Notes under the pieces: model-generated
What the model was told of the DNA's origin: nothing
Database searches by the model: none
Seen by the model: the letters and a program-made list of their open reading frames with translations, nothing else
Virus record (IMG/VR): IMGVR_UViG_2907388146_000002
Location: 9,120-73,119 of that record
Origin: a virus
Lineage: Duplodnaviria; Caudoviricetes
Direction: 5' to 3' (one strand)
DNA length: 64,000 bases
Shown: positions 27,600 to 36,526 of the stretch, one piece after another
Layout of the letters: each line of letters starts with the position of its first letter
Numbering within the stretch: the stretch's first letter is position 1
Position numbers and translations under genes: made by a program

Positions 27600-28199
27600 A
27601 TGCCACATGAAAATAAATTACTGGATGGACTCCCTCAGTTCAATGAGACCGATCCCGTATTCAAAGAATTGTTTGGAGATCCTTCTCGTCCTGAACTAAC
27701 ACCTGTTTCGAATATAAACGATATCAATGTCGGTGCGATTTACAACTCCGTAGAGTGGCATTTAAGATATCAAGATCTTGCGGTCAAGAGTGCGGTTCTC
27801 TCGGGTGCCGAACAACACTTCTTAGAAAAATGGTCTGAGTTACTCGGAATACAACGACCTTCCGGAATGTCAGATTCGGAATTTGTCGGTTATATCATCG
27901 GCTACGTTCTTTCGAACGAGCCAACGATTCCAAAAATTGGAGAGATATTTCCAAAACCAAATTTCGCAGTTCTACGTTGCGACGAGCTAGGTTTTGCAAC
28001 CGATGTATCCGCGACCGACCTCGGCCTCATTCTTCCAGGACCAGATACCAAAGCAGTTTCAAGTGTCATCACTCCGGACAGAGGGGCGACTTACGTTCTC
28101 ACAAACGACTTAGACAAGTTATCCGACTTACAACTCACCGAACTCAATCGAATTCTTGCGGCCGGCGTCGCCGCATTTGCAGGGGAAACAGATGGCTAA
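27600..28199 (+). CDS. Baseplate wedge protein (gpI-like)
   Basis: Follows J; LEKWSELLGIQRPSGMSDSEF motif; start taken at ATG 27600. Confidence 0.65.
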   Translation: MPHENKLLDGLPQFNETDPVFKELFGDPSRPELTPVSNINDINVGAIYNSVEWHLRYQDLAVKSAVLSGAEQHFLEKWSELLGIQRPSGMSDSEFVGYIIGYVLSNEPTIPKIGEIFPKPNFAVLRCDELGFATDVSATDLGLILPGPDTKAVSSVITPDRGATYVLTNDLDKLSDLQLTELNRILAAGVAAFAGETDG

Positions 28200-28977
28200 C
28201 GAATTAAAGGTGCCTTTAACAAATAACGAAGTAAAAGTATATTATCAAAGTTTACTTCAAAAAGTTACCGCAACCGATTTCAATCGACTGTCGGGAGCAG
28301 AATCCGAACATTCTGCAATTCCCGCAGTCCTAACCGCGATACTTGCGACTATCGGAAGAAGCACGGATACTGCAATTGGTTTTTCAGTTTCTACACTTGA
28401 TAGCCAAACAATTAAAGTAGGTGCAGGTCTTTATATTCGACCTCACGCAGTTTATATCTTTCCACCTGTAACTCTTTCTCCTCACTCCGGTTCTTTAGAA
28501 GGAATCTATGAAATCGAACTCGAAGAAACTCTTACCGATTCATCGGCGGTTCCTCTTTGGAATACAACCACTCAAAGATTCCAACCCCAAGTAAGGCCAA
28601 CTCGTAAAACATACAGGACAAGTCTTTTTGAACAATGGGTAAATACTCCGGGGATTCCAAACCCGACCATAGGCAGAATCGGGTTACTTTCCTATAAGAA
28701 AAATACGATCGGTGGACCCATTACAAATCTCAATCGGATTTTACCCGTATATGATCCGGGCTTAATCGGAGTGGAAGTCCAGTTAGATCCTGGAATCGGT
28801 GATCGCACTTCAATTGCCGATGCGATCAATTGGCTTTTTCAACATGTTGAATCGAAAAATTTTATAAGAACTACCGTTTCACCCGGCTATGATAATGCGA
28901 AATTTCAAGTAAGAACGCAAGGAAACTTTGCTTATTGGAGTAAAGATAGCGGAGGTACCTGGTTCCCTTTCGCATAA
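28192..28977 (+). CDS. Baseplate/tail-tip protein, short form (261 aa)
   Basis: Coupled to the gpI-like gene; ends two codons after a slippery heptamer. Confidence 0.65.
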   Translation: MANELKVPLTNNEVKVYYQSLLQKVTATDFNRLSGAESEHSAIPAVLTAILATIGRSTDTAIGFSVSTLDSQTIKVGAGLYIRPHAVYIFPPVTLSPHSGSLEGIYEIELEETLTDSSAVPLWNTTTQRFQPQVRPTRKTYRTSLFEQWVNTPGIPNPTIGRIGLLSYKKNTIGGPITNLNRILPVYDPGLIGVEVQLDPGIGDRTSIADAINWLFQHVESKNFIRTTVSPGYDNAKFQVRTQGNFAYWSKDSGGTWFPFA

Positions 28978-29033
28978 CCCCACCGAGTGGACCTTCGTCT
29001 CCCGTTTCTGGAGCTGGTGGTCATTGGGTGGGG
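28965..29033 (+). other. Candidate -1 programmed ribosomal frameshift signal
   Basis: In-frame C CCT TTC heptamer, 6-nt spacer, then an extended hairpin closed by CCCCACC/GGTGGGG. Confidence 0.7.
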
Positions 29034-29417
29034 AATTTAGGATCGGGTCGTTACGATGTATTTCCAAAAGGTTCGTATTCTATCGGGGACGTTTGGCACG
29101 TAGTAGACGCACATATCGATCAGGGTGGAAACGTTACCGATTGCGGTCAATGCGGAGGAAACACTAGCTGTCATAACCTTGGACCATGGTTTGATTGCCC
29201 TCACTGTCCGGCGGGATATTCTCAAAGCAACGCAATTGGTCTCTGCTGGGTCGGCGGAACAGTTTTTACACCGTGTTGCACGAGTACGTGCTGTATCAAC
29301 ACATGCAATACTTGTCATGTCTCCAATTGGTTTACTCGTTATAAAGTTTATAAGTACGAATTCTTCAATTGGACTTTAGTATCTCAATATACCGTTCACG
29401 GAAGACTCTGGAGTTAG
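28971..29417 (+). CDS. Cys-rich domain (12 Cys) in the -1 frame; probable frameshift extension of 28192-28977
   Basis: Frame is open from 28950; Pro/Ser/Gly linker followed by the Cys-rich segment; an independent GTG start at 29028 is also possible. Confidence 0.65.
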   Translation, partial: RITPPSGPSSPVSGAGGHWVGNLGSGRYDVFPKGSYSIGDVWHVVDAHIDQGGNVTDCGQCGGNTSCHNLGPWFDCPHCPAGYSQSNAIGLCWVGGTVFTPCCTSTCCINTCNTCHVSNWFTRYKVYKYEFFNWTLVSQYTVHGRLWS

Positions 29418-29423
29418 TCAATC

Positions 29424-29591
29424 ATGGATGAAAAGAAAAATAATGATTTTTCAGAAAAAAGGATGGGAACGTGTCTTACGTGTCCCTTATTGTTAAAGGG
29501 ATTTCTTTCAGAGCAATGTTCTGTTTGTCACTGCTTTGTAAGGCTGAAAACGAAATTAAAACGAGAATCTTGCCCTATAGGCAAGTGGTAA
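29424..29591 (+). CDS. Small Cys-rich protein, DUF6171-like (55 aa)
   Basis: Below the ORF-track cutoff; RMGTCLTCP...QCSVCHCFVRLKTKLKRESCPIGKW. Confidence 0.75.
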   Translation: MDEKKNNDFSEKRMGTCLTCPLLLKGFLSEQCSVCHCFVRLKTKLKRESCPIGKW

Positions 29592-29598
29592 CGAATAT

Positions 29599-29934
29599 AT
29601 GTCTGGATGTTGCGGAGGAAGCAGTATGAACCAACAATTAATTTTTCAACAATTAAGTCAACTCACTGGCTTAGGTATTAATAAAGGAAAAACGGCAAGC
29701 GAGGCGGCAAACGACGCAGATATTTTAGTTAAGGCATTGGCCGTGAAAGCGAAGGAAATGGAAAAAATCTATCCTGAAAGTGGTAAGGATTTGATCTTTC
29801 ACCAACTCACTCAATATGCGTACGGGAAGTTCAGCGTTGAATCGGATATTCCAAAAGTAGTCGATAGTGTGGCCGCCATTGTTTCCGACCTGTTATCAAA
29901 AGCGAAGGCTTTGGAAAGTCAACTCTCAGGTTAA
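29599..29934 (+). CDS. Hypothetical protein with MSGCCGG N-terminus and an internal duplication
   Basis: LIFQQLSQ...AKEME and LIFHQLTQ...AKALE repeats. Confidence 0.7.
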   Translation: MSGCCGGSSMNQQLIFQQLSQLTGLGINKGKTASEAANDADILVKALAVKAKEMEKIYPESGKDLIFHQLTQYAYGKFSVESDIPKVVDSVAAIVSDLLSKAKALESQLSG

Positions 29935-29945
29935 AGATTAATTGT

Positions 29946-30236
29946 ATGTATTCAAGAATTTGGTCTCAAGTAAATCTCTTTCTATGGAGAATTAGGGCTA
30001 CTCGATTTTCATCTAAAACCCTGATTGATAAAGAAAGATGGCGACTTGCAATTCGTAACCACTGGTCGCATTGGTTTAACGGATTTCCTCTCTTCACTCT
30101 TTCTTTTGAAAAAGGAATCAGAGAAGGATCGTCTTTGACTCTAAACGCCGGTCTTCTTGGCTTAGTTTTTGTTTTGTTCATTTACTCAAAAACTTCAATT
30201 GATTCCCCCGGAAGAAAAGAATGGAAACAAATCTGA
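29946..30236 (+). CDS. Hypothetical protein with one hydrophobic segment
   Basis: ORF in operon position. Confidence 0.45.
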   Translation: MYSRIWSQVNLFLWRIRATRFSSKTLIDKERWRLAIRNHWSHWFNGFPLFTLSFEKGIREGSSLTLNAGLLGLVFVLFIYSKTSIDSPGRKEWKQI

Positions 30237-30352
30237 TTCTATTGATCCTGATGTATACGGTCATCTGGACCGTTGCAGTTTGGGTAGGTTGTGCGATTTT
30301 AGCTCTTGTCATTTACTTGTGTGTCTTTGGATTCAAGAAAAATGCCAGATGA
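30221..30352 (+). CDS. Small membrane protein (43 aa)
   Basis: METNLILLILMYTVIWTVAVWVGCAILALVIYLCVFGFKKNAR; preceded by a purine-rich tract. Confidence 0.55.
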   Translation: METNLILLILMYTVIWTVAVWVGCAILALVIYLCVFGFKKNAR

Positions 30353-30729
30353 ATTGAAACTCACGTCTGAAAACGTAAGTAACCTTTTTCTAAAATGTCT
30401 TTTCTTAGAAGGTGAAGACACGACGAACTTTGTTAAAGCCGAAGGGGTGGCAATTACGATCGGATTCCATCCCGAACGTCTCCGAACCAACAAGACCCAA
30501 ATCAAGGAACTTTTAGACCAACTTCCGCAAATCGGAAGCAAGTAGTGAAAGTCGCGGGTGGTCCTTTCTCAATGCTTGTAAAACCGAGAAGGGAATTCTT
30601 TGGGGTCAGCACAAAAACGTAGATGAGCTTCTGTGCTTAGGACTTGCCGCGGGTCTCATAGAATACAATCTACTCAGAGAAATTTGGGTCGCCTTGCCTT
30701 CCGGTATTCCATACTTTTTTATCAAATAA
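30342..30729 (+). pseudogene. Frameshifted phage protein gene
   Basis: Frame 0 reads ...GFHPERL...LLDQLP and stops at 30545; the +1 frame continues NFRKS...GWSFLNAC...LPSGIPYFFIK to 30729. Confidence 0.65.
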
Positions 30730-30743
30730 ATAAGGATATTTAG

Positions 30744-31106
30744 GTGGGAACGGATTCGTCAGTTTATGCACTCAAAAGCCAAACTCGATTTTACATCGAT
30801 CGAAGATATAATCTTTTGCCTTGGTTTTTAGAAGATCCAAAAGGATATAAAGATGATTTATGCAATTTAGAGAGAGGTTTACCTCGGGATGTTTTTCTTG
30901 CATTTGTAAAATATAGTAAAGCCTGTGGAGCAGGTCCGGACAATTCTTATACTGAGCGAAATTTAGAGGTTTTAGACAAACTGTCTGAATGGGCTAAACG
31001 AAAATCTGAAGATGAATTCTTTGTTGAAAGTTCGGATTCAGGGTTTGATCCTTATGAACAAGAGAAACACGGCCTTAATCAATTCATTCTGGAAGACCCC
31101 TGGTAA
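30744..31106 (+). CDS. Hypothetical protein
   Basis: 120-aa ORF with GTG start after a GGAT tract. Confidence 0.5.
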   Translation: MGTDSSVYALKSQTRFYIDRRYNLLPWFLEDPKGYKDDLCNLERGLPRDVFLAFVKYSKACGAGPDNSYTERNLEVLDKLSEWAKRKSEDEFFVESSDSGFDPYEQEKHGLNQFILEDPW

Positions 31107-31110
31107 ATTA

Positions 31111-31335
31111 TTAATCCAGTTCCCCGAACTGGATATCCCGCTCGAAATCACCGATCATTTCTCTTTTTTGCAAGAACCGCAACAGTCTGTCCCGATCGAC
31201 ATACGTTTTGTCGATTGCAGTCATAATCTCATCAAATGCTCGTTGAGACAAGGCGTGAAAAAAAAGTCCTTCCGTCAGCAAAGCTCGAAACTGAAGAACG
31301 TCAGGATGGTGTCTAAAAGGTTCTTGATTCCCCAA
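31111..31335 (-). CDS. Hypothetical protein
   Basis: 74-aa ORF downstream of the 905-aa gene. Confidence 0.55.
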   Translation of the reverse strand: MGNQEPFRHHPDVLQFRALLTEGLFFHALSQRAFDEIMTAIDKTYVDRDRLLRFLQKREMIGDFERDIQFGELD

Positions 31336-31352
31336 ATTTGTATCCTCAGAAT

Positions 31353-34070
31353 TTACTTTTGAACTGCTAAGAAGTATTCTTCCTTAACTTGGTTTGCTTT
31401 AAAAATCGTCTCGTCAATATCCAGCATGAAAGATTTAGCAAACATCATCGGCATGCTCGAATCGTCTTCGATCTCTTTGAGTTTCATTTGCAAAGAATCT
31501 TTGATAATAGATAAATCTTGAATAATTACGTTAAGCCTTCCAATGACAGACGATGATCCGACCCCTTTATCAGCCGAAACAGCAATGGAAGCCGCAAGTT
31601 CTTTAACTGTTTGAGAGGACAAAGACGTTACGTTGTCACCAAGAACGCGCTGATAGGTTTTGGATAAAGAATCCATCATGACTTCGAGCATCTTACGGTT
31701 TGTAGCCGCTGTTTCCATAGACACCGTTCGAAGTGCTTCCCGTTGAACATTCGTTGCGACGGAATCGAAATCAAAATGATCAAACTGGCCAGACTGTAAT
31801 TCTTTCAAATAGTTTTGAACGACAGACGGCCCACGACCTGGGTATTTCGATCTGTTTGCAACATACCATTTGTAAGCACGAATCTGCATCGTTGCATTCG
31901 GCTTGTCATTTATGTCTTTTGCAAAAAGTCCGATGACTTCCGCAACTCCCAACGGAAGCGATTTGTCTTTTTTGTGAACGAGTGTAAAAAGATCCGGAGT
32001 TAGGTTATTCAACGCTAACCGCTTGTTCACTTCTCCGATCGAAATCCCTAATTTTTCAGAAATTTTCTTAGCCTCCCATCCATCTTCTACCATCTTCCCA
32101 TACGCTTTCGCTTCATCGGTAGGTAACACGTTTCTTCTTTGGTTTTCTGAAAGCTGAGAAGCAAGGCGGTCGTTACTAGTAGCAAATTCTTTAGGAACAA
32201 CCGGTATTTCGAAATTGGAAGGAAGATGTCCTTCCTCGATTAATTCCTTTACGGCTTCGTATCTGTGGTGACCTGCAACGACTGTCCATTTTTCTTCCTG
32301 TTTATCGACGATAATCGGAAATCCAGGATCGTAACCGCCATCCTTGATTTTTTGTTTTAGGGAATTGATTTGATTTCGATCGAAATCTTTTTTCGCAGTA
32401 TATTGTTCAATCGTTCGGATTTGATTGAAGGGGAGCTTTGTCGGAAGAGAATTACTTGTCGCAGACCTTTTACTTTCTTGAGGTTTAATAATCCTTAACC
32501 GTCTTTCTTTAGGTGTAGATTCTCCTTCTTTTACCTGTCTTTCTTTTTTGACAGGCTTCCAACCATCGGCGGTTTTTATCCTTGTCGAACCATCCTTCCA
32601 ATCTTTCTTCGTTCCTATCTGAGCAGGGGGACGACCTCGCTTTCCTTTTAAAATTAAAGTCAGTTGTTCAAGAGGTTCATGAACTGCAAGAAGCATGGAT
32701 TTAAACAAGTCGCTTTCACTATCAGATAAACTGGATTCCTTTAACTCCCCTCGGAGATTTACATAATCGGAAGCGATGTCTAAAATATCTTGGCGCGTAT
32801 CTGAAATATAGGCAAGATCTACAAACTCCTTTGCTCTTGAATCTAATCCTTGATTTAGAAGTGTTTTCTTTATATGATCGATTAATTTTCCGTGATCTTT
32901 GTCTTCCGGAGAGAGCTTGTAAACTGGGCGATCTGAATATTTCTTTGGACGGATTCTTACCGCCGACTCTTGTTTAAGACTGAAGTGGTTTCCCGATTGT
33001 CCTTCCGGTTTTACAAGTCTTGTTGAAACGTAGTTTCCATGTTTTCCATGAACTACTATTTGTTTAGGTATGAGAGCGGCCGCATTCCCTGATTTCTGAA
33101 TAACGTGAAGATCCTTTTCTTCCGAAATAGATCCGCCAACTAAAACAGACCGCAACCGATTTGCTTTTTCGGAAAGCCTCGAAAGGTCAATATTCGAGTT
33201 TCGAAATTCCGAAAGTTTCGATTTTAAAAACTCAAGTTTTGGACTTTTTAATTCCTTTTTGGTAGTCTTTGAAGAAAGCCACTCCTTAAATTGAGGAATG
33301 GTCAAAAGAATAATCGAACCAAGGCCTGACCAACCCTTCTTGTAGTTTACAAGATACCCTTGTTTAGCGGATTTCTCGTCGTGAAACCCAAGCATTACTT
33401 TATGTTCGTCGAAAGATCCGTCCTTGTTTTTTTGATTCACAACAAAGACAATTTGTGAATCAGGATCCGGACCGATGAAAACATCAATGTGATCCACGTC
33501 GGCTCCTTGTGTTCTTTTTATATACCCGTAATCAAACTTGATTTGGTTTCTCCAAGGTTTACCGTTTTCATCAACCCCAGACCTGTAGGAACCTTTTCGA
33601 TTCTCGATCGAAATATCGATGCCTTGGATTCGTACATGACTTTTCTTGTAGTTACCTGCTTTCTTTTGTGCTGGAGTTGGCTCTGCTTTTAGAACGTTAG
33701 AGGATTGTATTTCGAGACTTGATTTTTGAGTCTCGTCCGCTCCTTCTTGTTTAGAATCGTTAGGATCTGAAACTTCGACAATTTCAGCCCGGTTTTTTAA
33801 GTAGTTCGCAAGAAACGAAGCCCCAAGAGATTTAAGCTCTTTTGAAAGAGCGATCATTCCATCTTGGGAAAGTTCTTTTTCGGAAGACCTGAGAACGGTT
33901 ATTAACCCATTGCGAGACAAGGAATTGATTTCCCCTTCATACCAAGGTTCTTCTTCTCCCATCACCCATTCTTGCCAGAGAGGATTTTTTTTTGTCATGG
34001 ACAAATGAATCTTGTCTAAAATCGTCTCTGCAATTTCAGGAGTGATGTCTTCTTTTGTAAGAATCTCCAT
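31353..34070 (-). CDS. Polyvalent protein with inorganic-pyrophosphatase-like and ParB-like domains
   Basis: PTPAQKKAGNYKK...DYGYIKRTQGADVDHIDVF...FDEHKVMLGF; PIIVDK...VVAGHHRYEA; SENQRR..PTDEAKAY. Confidence 0.75.
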   Translation of the reverse strand: MEILTKEDITPEIAETILDKIHLSMTKKNPLWQEWVMGEEEPWYEGEINSLSRNGLITVLRSSEKELSQDGMIALSKELKSLGASFLANYLKNRAEIVEVSDPNDSKQEGADETQKSSLEIQSSNVLKAEPTPAQKKAGNYKKSHVRIQGIDISIENRKGSYRSGVDENGKPWRNQIKFDYGYIKRTQGADVDHIDVFIGPDPDSQIVFVVNQKNKDGSFDEHKVMLGFHDEKSAKQGYLVNYKKGWSGLGSIILLTIPQFKEWLSSKTTKKELKSPKLEFLKSKLSEFRNSNIDLSRLSEKANRLRSVLVGGSISEEKDLHVIQKSGNAAALIPKQIVVHGKHGNYVSTRLVKPEGQSGNHFSLKQESAVRIRPKKYSDRPVYKLSPEDKDHGKLIDHIKKTLLNQGLDSRAKEFVDLAYISDTRQDILDIASDYVNLRGELKESSLSDSESDLFKSMLLAVHEPLEQLTLILKGKRGRPPAQIGTKKDWKDGSTRIKTADGWKPVKKERQVKEGESTPKERRLRIIKPQESKRSATSNSLPTKLPFNQIRTIEQYTAKKDFDRNQINSLKQKIKDGGYDPGFPIIVDKQEEKWTVVAGHHRYEAVKELIEEGHLPSNFEIPVVPKEFATSNDRLASQLSENQRRNVLPTDEAKAYGKMVEDGWEAKKISEKLGISIGEVNKRLALNNLTPDLFTLVHKKDKSLPLGVAEVIGLFAKDINDKPNATMQIRAYKWYVANRSKYPGRGPSVVQNYLKELQSGQFDHFDFDSVATNVQREALRTVSMETAATNRKMLEVMMDSLSKTYQRVLGDNVTSLSSQTVKELAASIAVSADKGVGSSSVIGRLNVIIQDLSIIKDSLQMKLKEIEDDSSMPMMFAKSFMLDIDETIFKANQVKEEYFLAVQK

Positions 34071-34101
34071 TTCTAAAAATATCTCGTCCTAACGAACTCC
34101 C

Positions 34102-34617
34102 TTAAAGGATTGAATTTTCTCGGTATTTATAGAGTGCTTCTTGATTTTCTCTTCTTTGGTCCCGGTCGAGTGATCTCACAAATCCGTTCCAGCTCCCGGC
34201 TTGAATCGTTGCGCCAAAGGGTAAAATCAGAATAACAGGAATGTATCCGTGCAAAGTTTTAAAAGGGATTGCTACCTTTCGTTCCAGATTGGATACAAAG
34301 TCTTCTGGCTTGTGAGTTTCCGAATTGTAGTGTAAAACGATGATTTGTCCGACTGGCTCTGTTCTAAACTTAACTTTATTCCACCAGGTAAACCAAGCGA
34401 GAGAAAGCATACCGGCTAAATATTTCACAAGGATAAGGTGAAGTCTTAGGGTTTGGAGTAGAACAGACACACGGTATGAAAGAATTTTGTAGAGGTCAGT
34501 TCTTTCTAAATAGAATAGAAACTCACTTATTTTTCTAGATACAAGATTCGTTTTGAAAAAAGTTAAAAGCCAGCGTAAGATACGATTTTTAGATTCCATG
34601 TTTATTCCTTGCTTCAT
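34102..34617 (-). CDS. Hypothetical protein, possibly membrane-associated
   Basis: 171-aa ORF with a hydrophobic segment. Confidence 0.55.
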   Translation of the reverse strand: MKQGINMESKNRILRWLLTFFKTNLVSRKISEFLFYLERTDLYKILSYRVSVLLQTLRLHLILVKYLAGMLSLAWFTWWNKVKFRTEPVGQIIVLHYNSETHKPEDFVSNLERKVAIPFKTLHGYIPVILILPFGATIQAGSWNGFVRSLDRDQRRENQEALYKYRENSIL

Positions 34618-34629
34618 CCTAAAATCCGA

Positions 34630-35748
34630 TTACTGTCTTCCGTTAAAGTTTGCCAGAGGCTTCATTTCGAAAAGTTTGGGTTTGTCCCGATCCTCTCCAC
34701 TTCCACCTTCGATAAAGCCTGTGACTCGAAATGTTGGATGATAATCGTAAATAATAGTGTAGCCCGTTCTCGGCTTATCGGACAACCACTGGATTCTTGA
34801 ATCCCCAAAGATTAAAAAATCGGTTCCTTCCTTGTGAGTTACGAAGCCATTTCTTCCTTTAGAAATGATTCGATCGATTGAGGCAATGGGAGAATAGGAA
34901 ACTATATCAAAGATCTTGTTTTGATAGGCGATAAACTCGGAATGTCTGAGAGTAGAAACAAGAAGTGTGATGATATCACCTTCCCCCATTTTGTAACCCC
35001 CTCCCATAACTCCCATCAGTTCCCCGTCCTGAAAAGTGATCTGACTTCGATCAAAGATTTTCCTCGAATCCGGATCCACTCGATACGTTTTGTATCCTAT
35101 CTTTACCGGATTGTAGAAAAGGACTTTGAGTCTGTATTTACCATTGACTCTTTTCGGGAAAATAACTGAGCTTAAAGTGTATCCACTGTATTCTACAGAA
35201 ATGGGGTCTTCGGTTTCAGAATCAGGGACTTTAAAAACCTCAACGACACCGATGATTGCGCCAAATGGAATTTTTGGGAAAAGAACGTATTCATTTTTTC
35301 CTTCCGCTTCCACATACATTTCTTCAACGAGTGAAACTTTATATTTGAGAAGTACTGAATTCCAATACTTCAGTGGCTCTTCGACTTCGAAGAATTCTTC
35401 GTGGATACGTTTGATTGTGAGTTCTTTTTGAGTTTCTCTCGATATTAAAATCGCGCTTTCAATTTTTGTAATCGGTGCGTAGCGTGTGAATACCTTATTC
35501 CCGACGATTTTCCAAGCGGTTTCTTCCTGAATGAGTAGGTCTTCTTGGAATGTTCGAATAAGACCTTCAAAGCAAAACTTACAATCCGGTAACCTTTCCT
35601 CCGCCGGACAAGGACAAGAGGAAAGCCTGTACCAAAGTGCGGACTCCCCCCTTCTCTCTAAAAGGTCTTCATTCGTGAGGGGAGTAAGAATATTTGGTTT
35701 GGTTGTGATTGAAAAAGGTGTTACTCCACCTTGTCCTGATTTCCTCAT
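34630..35748 (-). CDS. Head completion/neck-like protein
   Basis: LLERRGE...CPC...PDCKFCFEG motif typical of SPO1-like head-completion proteins. Confidence 0.6.
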   Translation of the reverse strand: MRKSGQGGVTPFSITTKPNILTPLTNEDLLERRGESALWYRLSSCPCPAEERLPDCKFCFEGLIRTFQEDLLIQEETAWKIVGNKVFTRYAPITKIESAILISRETQKELTIKRIHEEFFEVEEPLKYWNSVLLKYKVSLVEEMYVEAEGKNEYVLFPKIPFGAIIGVVEVFKVPDSETEDPISVEYSGYTLSSVIFPKRVNGKYRLKVLFYNPVKIGYKTYRVDPDSRKIFDRSQITFQDGELMGVMGGGYKMGEGDIITLLVSTLRHSEFIAYQNKIFDIVSYSPIASIDRIISKGRNGFVTHKEGTDFLIFGDSRIQWLSDKPRTGYTIIYDYHPTFRVTGFIEGGSGEDRDKPKLFEMKPLANFNGRQ

Positions 35749-35996
35749 GCCTTGGAAACTTTCGTAGCTTGCAGGACAAATTCTTCGCGCTTTTTATCGA
35801 AACCTTTGCGAAGTGAGAATACGACTTCTGTGCCTTCTTTGATTTCAGATTCACTTAAAAGAGAATACTTTGCGTTAAAGAAATATTCTATTCCGTCATT
35901 TCCTGTGATAAATCCGTAACCTCCGCGATTAGAGTCACGATTCCAAGGGATATATTTTCGTATTTTTCCGGTTAAAGTGTGTTTGTAAGTTTCCAA
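35745..35996 (-). CDS. Cold-shock-domain (OB-fold) protein
   Basis: GYGFITGNDGIEYFF (RNP1-like) motif. Confidence 0.75.
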   Translation of the reverse strand: METYKHTLTGKIRKYIPWNRDSNRGGYGFITGNDGIEYFFNAKYSLLSESEIKEGTEVVFSLRKGFDKKREEFVLQATKVSKA

Positions 35997-36526
35997 TCGA
36001 TATATTCAGCGAGCCACAAATCCGATTCAGGTTCGTGACAACACGTCGGTTCCTCCCAGACCCCGATTGAATATAGATCACTCTTTCGTATCGGTCCAAA
36101 ATTTCTTTCAAGCCTGATTCTTTCTTCATTGGCCTCTACGTTTTCCTCGTATCGGTCGTCGGTTCGCATTCGTTCTTTTGCGTCTCTGATTTTCCCTTGT
36201 CTGAATATTTCGTCGATTTCACTCATGTCTATATCATCGATTTCGTCGACACTCACTAATATATATTCATGGGAACAATTTGGGTGCATAGGACAGCAAA
36301 ACTGATAGTCTTCTAAGTGAAGTAAGGCGTTACTTTTTCCAGGCCAGACAGCGATTGAAGTAATCGGATCGCCGGAGAACTGATCCCCTCCCAAATATTT
36401 CAGTCCAAGGGACTTCATGTATTTTTCGTCTTGAAGACTTTCTAAAGACGGAAATACTCGCGCAATTTGTCCGAGAAACTCTTTACACTTTGAACAAACG
36501 ATCGGATTCGAATTCAAGTCAGACAC
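35972..36526 (-). CDS. C-terminal part of a gpF-like head morphogenesis protein
   Basis: VCSKC...CPMHPNCSH metal-site motifs. Confidence 0.6.
   Translation of the reverse strand: MSDLNSNPIVCSKCKEFLGQIARVFPSLESLQDEKYMKSLGLKYLGGDQFSGDPITSIAVWPGKSNALLHLEDYQFCCPMHPNCSHEYILVSVDEIDDIDMSEIDEIFRQGKIRDAKERMRTDDRYEENVEANEERIRLERNFGPIRKSDLYSIGVWEEPTCCHEPESDLWLAEYIDWKLTNTL

Noticed and set aside
29313-29327. CNTCH as a c-type heme attachment site
   Set aside because: A single match in a Cys-rich segment with no export signal; heme ligation is periplasmic
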